Shown: positions 42,121-51,458, numbered from the stretch's first letter. The stretch: DNA of 64,000 nucleotides from Acidobacteriaceae bacterium (GCA_036267095.1 DATAWS010000024.1:21670-85669); one strand, 5' to 3'. Notes: generated by a model not told the origin, from the sequence alone. Translations and numbers: made by a program.

Positions 42121-45004
42121 GAGCGGCTTTCCTCAGCAGGGGAAACTCAAGGAAAAAGGTCGTGCCGAATCCCACCTGGCTTTCCACGTGAATCTTGCCT
42201 GCATGTTCCTGGATGATGCCGTAGGTGACGGCGAGGCCGAGGCCGGTGCCGCGTGGCTGGCCATCGCGGCGCGCCGTTTTGGTGGTGAAGAAGGGGTCGT
42301 AGATACGGCGCAGGTGTTCGGGCGCGATGCCGGCGCCGCTGTCGGCGATGGAGATGCTGACGTGGCCATTCACCTCGGTGGCGATGCGCAGCGTGCGGGG
42401 CTCGCCGTCGGGCTCGACCCTGGAGGCCATGGCGTCTTTGGCGTTGAGGAAGAGATTGAGGAAGACCTGCTGCAGCTTGCCGGAGTTGCCCATGATGGGA
42501 GGCAGCTCGGGCATGAGGCTGGTTTCGACGCGAATCTGCGCGGTCTTGAACTGGTGTTCGAGGAGGGTGAGGGTCTCGCGGATGATGGCGTTGACATCGG
42601 TCTCGCGGTACTCCGCGCCGCTGGTGCGGGAGAAGTTGAGCAGGCCGTTGACGATCTCCGAAGCGCGGAAAGTCTGCTGGGTGATCTTGTCGAGCAGGGG
42701 ACCCAGCTTTTCGTCGCCGCGCAACTGGCGGGCGAGCATCTGGGCGTAGGAGGAGATGACGGCCAGCGGGGTGTTGACTTCATGGGCGACGCCGGCAGCC
42801 AGCAGTCCGATGGAGGAAAGTTTTTCGGCCTGGGCGAGCTGGCCTTCCATGGCGGTCTGGTCGGTAATGTCGTCGACGAGGATGATGCGGCCGACGGTGC
42901 GGAAGTCGCGCGAGACGAGCGGAGCGATAGCGATATTGGCGATGCGGGATTCCTCGGCGGTGGTCTCGAGGCGGAACTTATAGAGGTTGTGGACGCCGGA
43001 CTGATCCTTGACGCGGCGGTATTCCTGCACGAGGTTGGCGGGGAAGACGGCTTCGAGGGGCTGGCGCAGGGCCTCCCTGCGAGGCAGGGCAAACATGACT
43101 TCCATCTGCGAGTTCCAGCTCTCGATGCGCTCTTCGGGATCGACGGCGAGGATGCCGACGTTGATGGATTCGACGATGTTCTCGTTGAATTCCTTGAGGC
43201 GCTCGTATTCGGCCATCTTCTCGGCCAGGCTGGCATAGAGCCGGGCGTTCTGGAGGGCGATGCCGATGTAGCCGGCGAGGGATTCGAGCAGCTCCATATC
43301 CTCGCTGGAGAGGAAGTCGCCGCTCTGGCGGCGGCCGAGCCCGATGACGGCGATGGTGCGGTCCGTCACCTGAAAATCCTGCGCGGGCCATTCGCGGACG
43401 CCGGGAACGCCGACCCGGCAGGGCAGGAAGTAATTCATGTCGAGCAGGGCGATGGTGCGCTGCTCGGAGGGCGCGAGGTGGAACGCATGCTGGGGATTTT
43501 CGAGGAAGAGGTGGGAGCCGGCGTCGGGGTGATCGAAATCGAGGAAGCCGAGGTCGAGGCCGGCGGATTCGAACGCTTCAGGCAGGCCGTGCTGGGCGGC
43601 GAGGCGGTAGCGGCCGGCGTCCCCGGCGAGAAAGACGGCAACGCGATCGACGCCGAGGGTGCGGGGCAGGCGTTCGACGATGGCCCGGAGCAGGGCTTCG
43701 AGGTCGGTGAAGGAGCTGAGGCCGCGGCCGAAGGAGATGAGGGTGCTGCGGTAGTCGTAGCTTTGGCGGTCGAAGACGCGATCGACGCTGCCCTGGATGG
43801 TGCGCTTGAGGGGCTCGAAGAGGAGGGCGGCGAGGATGATGGCGGCCAGCGCGCCCCAGACCCCGAAGTTGTGCAGGCGGGCCTGCGCGACCGCGGCGAC
43901 TACCGCGAGCAGGGCAAAGTAGACGCCCACGACGGCAGCGGTGGCCAGCGTGTAGGTGACGCCGCGCTTGAAGATGAGGTCCACGTCCATCATGCGATAG
44001 CGCACGATGGACCAGCTGAAGGTCAGCGGGAGAAAGACCATGCAGATGCCGGCCACTTTGGTGAGGCCGTTGGGTATGGCGATGTCAGCCATGAAGGGAA
44101 TGGCCCAGAGGAAGGTAAAGGGCACCACGGCCAGGATGGTGCCGCGGGTGAGCCATTTCAGCTGCTGACGTTCGAGGGGCGCCTGAGCGTGCCGGTACTT
44201 GAAGTAGAAAACCACGGCTGCGAGCAGATAGAAGAAGGCCTGATAGCCGGTGGCGGCCTGATCGAGGCGATGGGCGATCAGTTCGGTGGCCGACCACAGC
44301 TCGATGGCCATGACCCGCAGGGTGATCAGCATCGCGCCGGGCAAATAAGCCAGAGGGACGAGCCAGACGTGGCGGTTGCGGCGGGATCCCGAGAAGGCCA
44401 GGGAAAAATGCAGGAAAAGCGCGGGCTGGACTGCGGCGGCTACAGTGCCGCTCCAATACACCACCCAGTCAAAGTCGTCGAATTTGCCGGTATACCAGAA
44501 CGAATAGAGGACGAAAGAAGCGAGGCAAAAGAGATAGAAGTGGGTGGAGTGCGGCGCGGTCCAGCGTCGCAACAGGACATAGAGACCGATGCCGAGATAC
44601 ACGAGGGCGATAAAGCGAAAGCCCTGGTTGATGCTGTGGTCCTGGACATCGAGGATGACGGGAACGTCCGGAAGCCGGATGCCGTGGCGCTCCAGGGTGT
44701 AGTGGATGGTGCTGTAGGCGCCGGTGTGCCACTCTTGCCGCGCCAGCGCCGCGATACGCGGGGTGGGCAGGTCGTTGGCGGAGAGCAGCAGGTCCCCGAC
44801 CTTGACGCCGGCCTTCTCGCCGGGGCTGTTGGCGGCCACCCGCTGGGCCTGCAGGACTCCATGGGCTTCCTGCCAGACAACGCCGTCGGACGGCACCTGA
44901 TAGCTATTTTCCTGGACCAGGTTGAAGCCCGCGCAGATGATGGCAGCCCCGGTGAAGAGCGCCAGCAGGACGGCGACAATGCGGGTTTGAAAAGACCTGG
45001 ACAT
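42113..45004 (-). CDS. sensor histidine kinase with an extracytoplasmic PDZ domain, a multi-TM region, GAF, PAS, HisKA and HATPase_c
   Basis: About 963 aa from ATG 45004 (MSRSFQTRIVAVLLALF..). PDZ-like VAANSPGEKAGVKVGDLLLSANDL lies between TM1 and TM2. It is followed by at least 6 TM helices, a GAF-like region, PAS (ENIVESINVGILAVD), the H-box AAGVAHEVNTPL and the G-boxes DSGAGI, GTGLGL. Overlaps the response-regulator gene by 8 nt. Confidence 0.85.
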   Translation of the reverse strand: MSRSFQTRIVAVLLALFTGAAIICAGFNLVQENSYQVPSDGVVWQEAHGVLQAQRVAANSPGEKAGVKVGDLLLSANDLPTPRIAALARQEWHTGAYSTIHYTLERHGIRLPDVPVILDVQDHSINQGFRFIALVYLGIGLYVLLRRWTAPHSTHFYLFCLASFVLYSFWYTGKFDDFDWVVYWSGTVAAAVQPALFLHFSLAFSGSRRNRHVWLVPLAYLPGAMLITLRVMAIELWSATELIAHRLDQAATGYQAFFYLLAAVVFYFKYRHAQAPLERQQLKWLTRGTILAVVPFTFLWAIPFMADIAIPNGLTKVAGICMVFLPLTFSWSIVRYRMMDVDLIFKRGVTYTLATAAVVGVYFALLAVVAAVAQARLHNFGVWGALAAIILAALLFEPLKRTIQGSVDRVFDRQSYDYRSTLISFGRGLSSFTDLEALLRAIVERLPRTLGVDRVAVFLAGDAGRYRLAAQHGLPEAFESAGLDLGFLDFDHPDAGSHLFLENPQHAFHLAPSEQRTIALLDMNYFLPCRVGVPGVREWPAQDFQVTDRTIAVIGLGRRQSGDFLSSEDMELLESLAGYIGIALQNARLYASLAEKMAEYERLKEFNENIVESINVGILAVDPEERIESWNSQMEVMFALPRREALRQPLEAVFPANLVQEYRRVKDQSGVHNLYKFRLETTAEESRIANIAIAPLVSRDFRTVGRIILVDDITDQTAMEGQLAQAEKLSSIGLLAAGVAHEVNTPLAVISSYAQMLARQLRGDEKLGPLLDKITQQTFRASEIVNGLLNFSRTSGAEYRETDVNAIIRETLTLLEHQFKTAQIRVETSLMPELPPIMGNSGKLQQVFLNLFLNAKDAMASRVEPDGEPRTLRIATEVNGHVSISIADSGAGIAPEHLRRIYDPFFTTKTARRDGQPRGTGLGLAVTYGIIQEHAGKIHVESQVGFGTTFFLEFPLLRKAAHV

Positions 45005-45309
45005 GACGTCAGGATGCTCCGCCCCGAACACCCCTGCGGACCCTATCGCCCCGGAAATGCGCTCCGGGGCAGCCAATCGTAATCGTCTGCTGTGCAAACC
45101 GGCTGCCACCGGTTATGCCAAAACACGAATTTTCAGGTACAACTGGTATCTCTTTGTAATTCAATAGCATTGCCAGCATGATAGCGCAATCGGCGGGCGC
45201 GGGCAGGCCCTCTGCCGAGGCGTTTCTGTGAAAAAACGGCAGACAATATGGAAAGTCATACTGTTGAAAACAGGGTGCACAGTGCTGCTGCCGGGCGAAA
45301 AGACGGGCC

Positions 45310-45399
45310 TCAGTGGTGGGTTTCTACTGGGCGGCGGCTGGCCCAGAGAATGGCGCCGAAAAAAATCACGACGAAGCTGACGATTACCGTGACGGCCAT
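45310..45399 (-). CDS. 29-aa single-TM small protein (FixQ/CcoQ-like?)
   Basis: MAVTVIVSFVVIFFGAILWASRRPVETHH. A perfect AGGAGG Shine-Dalgarno lies 9 nt upstream (plus-strand cctcct at 45409-45414). TM plus WxxRR resembles cbb3 oxidase subunit CcoQ-type peptides. Confidence 0.45.
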   Translation of the reverse strand: MAVTVIVSFVVIFFGAILWASRRPVETHH

Positions 45400-45537
45400 G
45401 GGGTCGTTCCTCCTTGGGTGCTGAGCGGGGTGCCTCGCATCAGCATACCCGATGCCGATTGGCGGGGAACATTCCCTGGCGGTTTTTTCCGCAGGGGCAG
45501 AGGTGCGGGGCCGGTAGAGTGGAACTGGATATTCCCA

Positions 45538-46335
45538 ATGAAGCGGTGGTGGATCGGATTTCTGGTACTGGGTGCCCTCGCGGGTGGTCGGGGGGCGTGG
45601 GGGCAAACGGCGTTGGGGCAGGCGGCCGGGCCGACGGGTGGAGCCGCCGGGGCGGTCGCGGATGCGAGCCTATCCCAGGGGCTGGACGCGCTGAAGGCCA
45701 ACCAGCCGCAACAGGCGCTCGAGGATTTTCAGAAGGCGCTGGCGGCGGCTCCGGGGAACGCGACGGCGAATCTGCTGGCCTCGACCGCTGCGATGGAGCT
45801 CTATCAGGGGAAGCTGGCGGTGGAGTATGCGGAGAAGGCGCGGCAGCTCGATCCGCAAGACTGGAAGATCCACACAACGCTGGTGGCGGCCTATGCCGAG
45901 GCGGGGATGAAGGCGCAGCGGGACCAGGAACGGACGCTGCTGCGGCAGATGCACCAGAACGGTCCGCCGGATGCGCGCGAGGCGACGGGATTTCTGCTGG
46001 AGATGTTGCCGGTGAATGCGTGGCGGGTGGATGCGGTGGAGTATTTCGAGCCGATGGGCAAGTTCCACACCTGTTACCGGTTCCTGGTGCGGCGGGCGGA
46101 TGGGACGAAGGTGGGGGAGATCGATGTGCAGAGCGACGACTTCGACGAGCGCTCGTGGGAGAGGGCGCATGCAGCCGAGGCCGCGGCAGGCGGACGGCAG
46201 TTCCAGCTGAACGGGTACGGCGCGGCTGGAGAGGAAGCGGACTACCGGACGTTCTCCGGGAAGCCGGACTACGATGCGTTCCGGCAGATGGCGGTGTTTT
46301 TTCTGGAGAAGCAAGGTTTGCCGGGGACGAAGTAG
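45538..46335 (+). CDS. secreted hypothetical protein with a TPR-like N-terminal half
   Basis: 265 aa from ATG 45538. Signal peptide MKRWWIGFLVLGALAGGRGAWGQ. TPR-like helices (..ALEDFQKALAAAPGNATANLL.., ..AVEYAEKARQLDPQDWKIH..). Confidence 0.6.
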   Translation: MKRWWIGFLVLGALAGGRGAWGQTALGQAAGPTGGAAGAVADASLSQGLDALKANQPQQALEDFQKALAAAPGNATANLLASTAAMELYQGKLAVEYAEKARQLDPQDWKIHTTLVAAYAEAGMKAQRDQERTLLRQMHQNGPPDAREATGFLLEMLPVNAWRVDAVEYFEPMGKFHTCYRFLVRRADGTKVGEIDVQSDDFDERSWERAHAAEAAAGGRQFQLNGYGAAGEEADYRTFSGKPDYDAFRQMAVFFLEKQGLPGTK

Positions 46336-46417
46336 GGGTGGTTTCGAGGTTCGTGGGGTTCCATCCTGCTCACGGCAGGAGCGGGCGCCGCGAGGTTGGG
46401 TCACCCGCCGCGCTTGC

Positions 46418-47179
46418 TCAGATGCCTTCGCCCATGCTGACCAGTCCTGATCCAGACTGTTCGCTGCGGTACTGATCGCGCTCCTCGTCCTCGCTTTCGA
46501 GGGAGCGGACGGAGTCGAGTTCGCGGGTGGTGAGCTCGAGCTGGCCGTCGAGGACGTCGACCCGCAGGCGCAGGCGCTTCACTTCTTCCGCCAGCGCGAT
46601 GATCACGCCGGAGAGCGGGTCTTTGACCTGATTGGGATCGGTGATGAGGACGCGCTCGCCGTTCTGATAGACGATGTGGGCGGGGACGCCGACCACGGTG
46701 GAGTTGGGCGGCACGTCGCGCAGGACCACCGACCCGGCACCGACGCGGGAGTTCTCGCCGATGCAGATGTTGCCGAGGATCTGGGCGTTGCTGCCGACGA
46801 AGACGCCGTCGCGCAGGGTGGGATGGCGTTTGCCGCGCTCGTGCCCGGTGCCGCCGAGGGTGACGCCCTGGTAGAGGGTGACATCGTCGCCGACGATGGC
46901 GGTTTCGCCGATGACCACGCCGGCTCCGTGGTCGATGAAGACGCGGCGGCCGATGCGGGCGCCGGGGTGGATCTCGATGCCGGTGAGCAGACGCGCGACC
47001 TGGGAGAGGAAGCGGCCCAGCAGACGGAACCGGGCGCGCCACAGGCGGGCGGTGATCCGCTGCGCCCAGACGGCGTGGAGGCCGGGATAGCAGAGGATGA
47101 CCATGAGCCGCGAGCCGGCGGCCGGATCGCGGTCGAGGACCGAGCGGACGTCTTCGCGGATGGCGGTCAGGAAGGGCAT
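46418..47179 (-). CDS. cysE: serine O-acetyltransferase with an extended C-terminal tail ending in Ile
   Basis: About 253 aa from ATG 47179 ([21 protein letters not shown]; alternative start at 47203). Hexapeptide repeats [37 protein letters not shown]-terminus ...SMGEGI. Confidence 0.9.
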   Translation of the reverse strand: MPFLTAIREDVRSVLDRDPAAGSRLMVILCYPGLHAVWAQRITARLWRARFRLLGRFLSQVARLLTGIEIHPGARIGRRVFIDHGAGVVIGETAIVGDDVTLYQGVTLGGTGHERGKRHPTLRDGVFVGSNAQILGNICIGENSRVGAGSVVLRDVPPNSTVVGVPAHIVYQNGERVLITDPNQVKDPLSGVIIALAEEVKRLRLRVDVLDGQLELTTRELDSVRSLESEDEERDQYRSEQSGSGLVSMGEGI

Positions 47180-47235
47180 GAAAATGGGCGAAACCGCTAA
47201 CAATTCCGGGGCGAAAAATGGCAGGCCCTTGTCGA

Positions 47236-47253
47236 GTTATATTACAATATAAC
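47236..47253 (+). promoter_or_regulatory. perfect 18-bp palindrome, candidate MazE/MazEF autoregulatory operator
   Basis: gttatatt-ac-aatataac lies 11 nt upstream of the mazE ATG, in an AT-rich patch (..gagttatattacaatataacag..). Confidence 0.6.
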
Positions 47254-47263
47254 AGTGAGAGCG

Positions 47264-47521
47264 ATGCATAAGACGAACCTGAGAAAAGTCGGTGGATCAG
47301 TGATGCTGGCAGTTCCTCCGGTGATTCTGGACATTCTTCAAATGAAGCCAGGCGCCAGGGTGGGGGTCACGGTCGAAAATGGGCGACTCATCGTCGAGCC
47401 CGAGTCGCGTCCCCATTACACGCTGTCCTCCCTTCTGGCCGAGTCCGACTATTCCGGATCCCAGCCGAAGGCGGAGGGGGAGTGGGTAGATGCGGCACCA
47501 GCCGGCGGCGAACTGCTGTGA
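47264..47521 (+). CDS. mazE: type II antitoxin, AbrB/MazE/ChpS (PemI-like) family
   Basis: 85 aa. LRKVGGSVMLAVPPVILDILQMKPGARVGVTVENGRLIVEP is a SpoVT/AbrB swapped-hairpin. The C-terminus ..YTLSSLLAESD...EWVDAAPAGGELL parallels E. coli ChpS ..YSLDELLAQCD...PAGDEIW. Confidence 0.85.
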   Translation: MHKTNLRKVGGSVMLAVPPVILDILQMKPGARVGVTVENGRLIVEPESRPHYTLSSLLAESDYSGSQPKAEGEWVDAAPAGGELL

Positions 47522-47844
47522 ACCGCGGTGACATTTATATAGTTTCCCTCGATCCTGAGGCCGGGCACGAGCAGCAGGGAAGGCGACCGGTGCTGATTAT
47601 TTCGCCGGGAGAATTCAACGAGGCAACGAAGCTGCCAGTAGTCCTTCCGATCACGAGCGGAGGGGAATTTGCGCGACGGACCGGTTTTGCTGTTCCCATC
47701 TCCGGGATCCGAACGACCGGGGTGGTTCGATGCGATCAACCGCGGGTGCTGGATCTCCGCGCCCGCGGCGGCCAAAAGGTGGACCGACTGCCGGCAGAAA
47801 TCCTGGCCGATGTCGTGGCCAGAGCGATCACCCTCTTCCAGTAA
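47518..47844 (+). CDS. mazF: type II toxin, MazF/PemK/ChpB family endoribonuclease
   Basis: 108 aa from GTG 47518, overlapping the mazE stop (GTGA). NRGDIYIVSLDPEAGHEQQGRRPVLIISP...LPITSGGEFARRTGFAVPI...VVRCDQPRVLDL closely parallels ChpB/MazF. Confidence 0.9.
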   Translation: MNRGDIYIVSLDPEAGHEQQGRRPVLIISPGEFNEATKLPVVLPITSGGEFARRTGFAVPISGIRTTGVVRCDQPRVLDLRARGGQKVDRLPAEILADVVARAITLFQ

Positions 47845-47852
47845 GTGACGGG

Positions 47853-48836
47853 CTACACCTTCACCGGCGCTTCGATGGGCTCGGTCCTGAGTTGCTGGGC
47901 TTCGTTGCGCAGGCTCTCGAAGAGGACCGATGAAATGTAGCGTTCGCCGAAGTCGGGAAGGACGACGACGATCAGCTTGCCGGCGTTTTCTTCGCGGCGG
48001 GCGACCTGGAGGGCCGCATGCACGGCGGCTCCGGAGGAGATGCCGACGAGGAGGCCTTCCTCGAGAGGGAGGCGGCGGGCCATGGCGATGGCGTCGTCGT
48101 TGGAGACCTGGATGACTGCGTCGATGAGTCTGGTGTCCAGGATGGCGGGCACGAAGCCGGCGCCGATGCCCTGAATTTTGTGAGCGCCGGGTTTACCCCC
48201 GGAGAGAATCGGGCTGTCGCTGGGCTCGACGGCGATGACTCTGAAGGACGGCTTGCGGGACTTGATGTATTGGGCGACGCCGGTGAGGGTGCCGCCGGTG
48301 CCCACGCCGGAGACGAGGATGTCGGCCTGGCCTTCGGTGTCGTTCCAGATTTCGGGGCCGGTGGTATTGAAGTGGATCTTCGGATTGGCGGGGTTCTCGA
48401 ACTGCTGCAGCATGTGGCCATTCGGTATTTCGGCGAGGATTTGTCTGGCTTTGGCGATGGCCCCGTTCATCCCATTTGGACCGGGCGTGAGGATGAGCTT
48501 TGCTCCAAAGGCGAGCAGCAGGACGCGGCGCTCGAGGCTCATCGTGTCGGGCATGGTGAGGATGAGCTTGTAGCCTTTGACAGCGGCGACGAAGGCGAGG
48601 CCGATGCCGGTGTTGCCGCTGGTGGGCTCCACGAGGACGGTTTTTTCAGGATGGATTTTGCCTTCGCGTTCGGCGGCTTCGATCATGGCGAAGCCGATGC
48701 GATCCTTGATGCTGTTGAGCGGGTTGGCGCCCTCCAGCTTGGCCACCACGCGGGCGTGCGCCCCGGCGGTGACGCGGTTGAGCTGGACCAGAGGGGTGTT
48801 GCCAATGAGGTCGGTGACGCTGTTGGCGATTTTCAT
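47853..48836 (-). CDS. cysK: cysteine synthase A (O-acetylserine sulfhydrylase)
   Basis: 327 aa. [12 protein letters not shown]..., [10 protein letters not shown] (PLP Lys), [22 protein letters not shown]. Confidence 0.95.
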   Translation of the reverse strand: MKIANSVTDLIGNTPLVQLNRVTAGAHARVVAKLEGANPLNSIKDRIGFAMIEAAEREGKIHPEKTVLVEPTSGNTGIGLAFVAAVKGYKLILTMPDTMSLERRVLLLAFGAKLILTPGPNGMNGAIAKARQILAEIPNGHMLQQFENPANPKIHFNTTGPEIWNDTEGQADILVSGVGTGGTLTGVAQYIKSRKPSFRVIAVEPSDSPILSGGKPGAHKIQGIGAGFVPAILDTRLIDAVIQVSNDDAIAMARRLPLEEGLLVGISSGAAVHAALQVARREENAGKLIVVVLPDFGERYISSVLFESLRNEAQQLRTEPIEAPVKV

Positions 48837-48931
48837 GATGGTCCTCGCGGATGCGTTGGGACTCCGGCGACTTCAGTGTAGATGCGGTGGGGGCATGGAT
48901 GGGTGCGAGGCGCGCCGCTTGCGGACTTTAG

Positions 48932-49675
48932 CTAAGCGCCGAGTTTGCCCAGGGCGGCGGCGGAATGGAGTTTGCGCTCGAGATGCCGTTCGAGGGCCTG
49001 GATGGCAAAGCGGCGGAGATCGGCAGCGCGGGTGGAGGGCCAGTCCTCCGCGGCGAATGCGGCGATGGGCGACTGAAAAATGCGGCGGGCGAGGGCCAGT
49101 GATTCGGGCGTAAGGATGCGGCTGGAGGGTTTTTTGTCGCGCGAGCAGAGGAGGCCGTCAGACTGCGGCTGGAACCAGGCCGGTCCGGCGCCGAGGGGTT
49201 CGCCGCAGACGGTGCAATGGGTGAGCGAAGGCATCCAGCCGAGGAGGCGGGTGATCCAGAGAGAGAAATAGGTGACCGGCATCCAGACCGCGCTGCTGCG
49301 GGTGTGGTCGAGGACGGCAAGGACGAGGCGGAAGACGGCTTCGTGGGGATCGTGGTCGGGCAGCGCCTCTTCGAGCACCTCGGCATAGAAGGCGAGGGCG
49401 GAGGCGCGAGTGTAGTCGATGGGGTCGGAAAGCGGGGAGGCGATGACCTCGCAGGCGTCGAGGCGAACGAGATCCTGCTTCGGCTTCTCCGCATAGCTGG
49501 CGGAAACCAGGGTCATGGGCTGGAGGGCGCCTCCGAAGCGGCGGCGGGATTTGGCGGAGGCTTTGGCGACGCCGCGGATGCGGCCGTTGGCGCGCGTGAA
49601 CAAGGAGACGATCTCGTCGGCCTCGTGAACGGGCCACGTGCGGAGAACGACGGCCTCTGCCTGGAAGGTGGTCAC
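48932..49675 (-). CDS. recO: DNA repair protein RecO
   Basis: About 247 aa from GTG 49675 (VTTFQAEAVVLRTWPVHEADEIVSLFTRANGRIRGVAKASAKSRRRFGGALQP). Zinc motif CTVCGEP...LLCSRD. The rest of the 618-aa track ORF is antisense shadow of glnA. Confidence 0.85.
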   Translation of the reverse strand: MTTFQAEAVVLRTWPVHEADEIVSLFTRANGRIRGVAKASAKSRRRFGGALQPMTLVSASYAEKPKQDLVRLDACEVIASPLSDPIDYTRASALAFYAEVLEEALPDHDPHEAVFRLVLAVLDHTRSSAVWMPVTYFSLWITRLLGWMPSLTHCTVCGEPLGAGPAWFQPQSDGLLCSRDKKPSSRILTPESLALARRIFQSPIAAFAAEDWPSTRAADLRRFAIQALERHLERKLHSAAALGKLGA

Positions 49676-49945
49676 GGTGAAGGACCAGAGTATCGGGTGC
49701 GCCCTGGAAACGGAATCGGGAGCAGGAGAGGGAGGCGGCGAGGCCGGCGATAACAATTCACGATGGGGCCGATCAGAGATTTTTATGGGCAGGGAGACAG
49801 TCCGAGGCTCTGCGCGATACCCTGAAGACGAACCGCCAAACCTTCTCTCCGCAGTTCGAATCGCACCGCCCGGTGGGGACCGCGGTGTGCCTGGCGTGAG
49901 TCTGGCGCGGCAGCGAACATCATTTCCATCGATCGAAGGAGAAGC

Positions 49946-51376
49946 ATGTCGACTGACTATCGGAATTTCCTGGCGCTCTCGTACGAGGAGCTGGAAGAAC
50001 TCAATCTCAAAGCGAAAGATCAGCGCCGGAAGCGGGTCGCTCTGGACAAGATTCAGGAAGAGCGGCTGAAGTATCTGACCGATCAGAAAGGCATCAAGGC
50101 GGTCACGGTTTTGTTCTCCGATCTTGAAGGCCGCCTGCACATGCTGGATTACGACAAGAAGTTTCTGATGAAGAGCTTCGACAACCTCACCTTCGACGGC
50201 TCGTCGATTCGCGGCTTCACGGCGCAGCGGGAGAGCGATCTGCGGCTGGGGATCGACTGGAGCTCGTTTTATTTCGCGCCCGCGGATATTTTTGGGGCGG
50301 GCAAGGTGCTGGTCTTCGGCGACGTGATCGACAAGGGGGGCGCGGCCTACGGCGGCGACACGCGCGGGGTGCTCAAGAACTTTGCGAAGGGGCAGTTCGA
50401 CAAGCATGGCTACACGCTGAACGCGGCGAATGAGATCGAGGGCTTCCTGTTCGCGGGCCTCGACGCGGAGCGCAATTTCCCGACGGCGGGGCACTTCGAT
50501 TACGTGAACACCGGCGGCTACTACCACTCGCTGCCCAGCGATCCGCTGCGCAGCTTTATCGATACGGTGGCGGAAGTGCAGCGCGCCATGGGCTTCGAGA
50601 ACGAGAAGGATCACCCGGAAGTGGCGCCGTCGCAGTTCGAGATCAATTACGGGTACGGCGAAGTGGTGGCGGCGGCCGACCAGATCCAGATCTACAAGCT
50701 GGTGTGCCGCCAGGTAGCGACCCGGCTGGGGATGACGGCCTCGTTCCTGCCCAAGCCGGTGGTGGGGGTGAACGGCAGCGGCATGCACACCAACGTTTCC
50801 ATCAGCAAGGACGGCAAGAACCTCTTCTGGGATCCGAAGGGGGAGGAGAAGCTGTCAAAAGCGGGATGGGAGTTCGTGGATCGCATCCTGACCCACGGCA
50901 ACGATATCTGTCTGATGCTGAATTCCAGCGTGAATGCCTATCGCCGGCTCGATCCGCACTTCGAGGCGCCGAACCAGATCAAGGCATCGGCGGTGGATCG
51001 CGGCTCGATGATCCGCATTCCCATCGGCAACGAGCGGTCCATGCGAGTGGAGGTGCGGTCGGTGGCGCCGGACTCGAATCCCTACCTGGTGATGCTGGGG
51101 GTGTTCAAGTCGGGGATCGAGGGAGAGACCTCGAAGATCGAGAACCTGCGCCAGGCGGAAAGGTATTTGCCGGACAACATCTATACCGCGATCGAGAACT
51201 TCCGCAACGCGACGTGGACCACGAAGCTGCTGGGCGAAGATGTGAAGGGACGCTACGCCGATCTGAAGCAGGCGTCGGCGGACCGCTGCCCGCGGCTGCT
51301 GGGAACGTTCGTGAAGCCGCAGGAAGTGCAGTTCCACCACGAGGTCTACAACCAGTTCCTCTGGAACCAGTTCTGA
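49946..51376 (+). CDS. glnA: glutamine synthetase
   Basis: 476 aa with a GAAGGAGAAG RBS. NEIEGFLF, HPEVAPSQFEINY, GSGMHTNVSI, NAYRRLDPHFEAP and RIP...R.EVRS are GS catalytic blocks. Confidence 0.9.
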   Translation: MSTDYRNFLALSYEELEELNLKAKDQRRKRVALDKIQEERLKYLTDQKGIKAVTVLFSDLEGRLHMLDYDKKFLMKSFDNLTFDGSSIRGFTAQRESDLRLGIDWSSFYFAPADIFGAGKVLVFGDVIDKGGAAYGGDTRGVLKNFAKGQFDKHGYTLNAANEIEGFLFAGLDAERNFPTAGHFDYVNTGGYYHSLPSDPLRSFIDTVAEVQRAMGFENEKDHPEVAPSQFEINYGYGEVVAAADQIQIYKLVCRQVATRLGMTASFLPKPVVGVNGSGMHTNVSISKDGKNLFWDPKGEEKLSKAGWEFVDRILTHGNDICLMLNSSVNAYRRLDPHFEAPNQIKASAVDRGSMIRIPIGNERSMRVEVRSVAPDSNPYLVMLGVFKSGIEGETSKIENLRQAERYLPDNIYTAIENFRNATWTTKLLGEDVKGRYADLKQASADRCPRLLGTFVKPQEVQFHHEVYNQFLWNQF

Positions 51377-51429
51377 GGACTGGCCGTCCAGGCGGACGCG
51401 CCTTGGGCGCAAGAGCCCTGAAAGGCCAC

Positions 51430-51458
51430 AGCCCCGGTGATGAGCCGGGGCTTTTTGT
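51430..51458. terminator. rho-independent terminator between convergent glnA and the thiF-like gene
   Basis: agccccgg-tgatgag-ccggggct followed by ttttgtt. Confidence 0.75.

Noticed and set aside
45161-45175. A sigma54-like TGGCAA-N5-TTGA on the minus strand upstream of the histidine kinase gene.
   Set aside because: The -12 element has GA instead of the essential GC dinucleotide.
49854-49862. GTTCGAATC, a tRNA T-loop-like word, in the recO-glnA spacer. I also considered a glutamine riboswitch before glnA.
   Set aside because: The flanking bases cannot form a T-stem or acceptor stem. No cloverleaf is present, and I could not recognise the glnA-RNA motif core.
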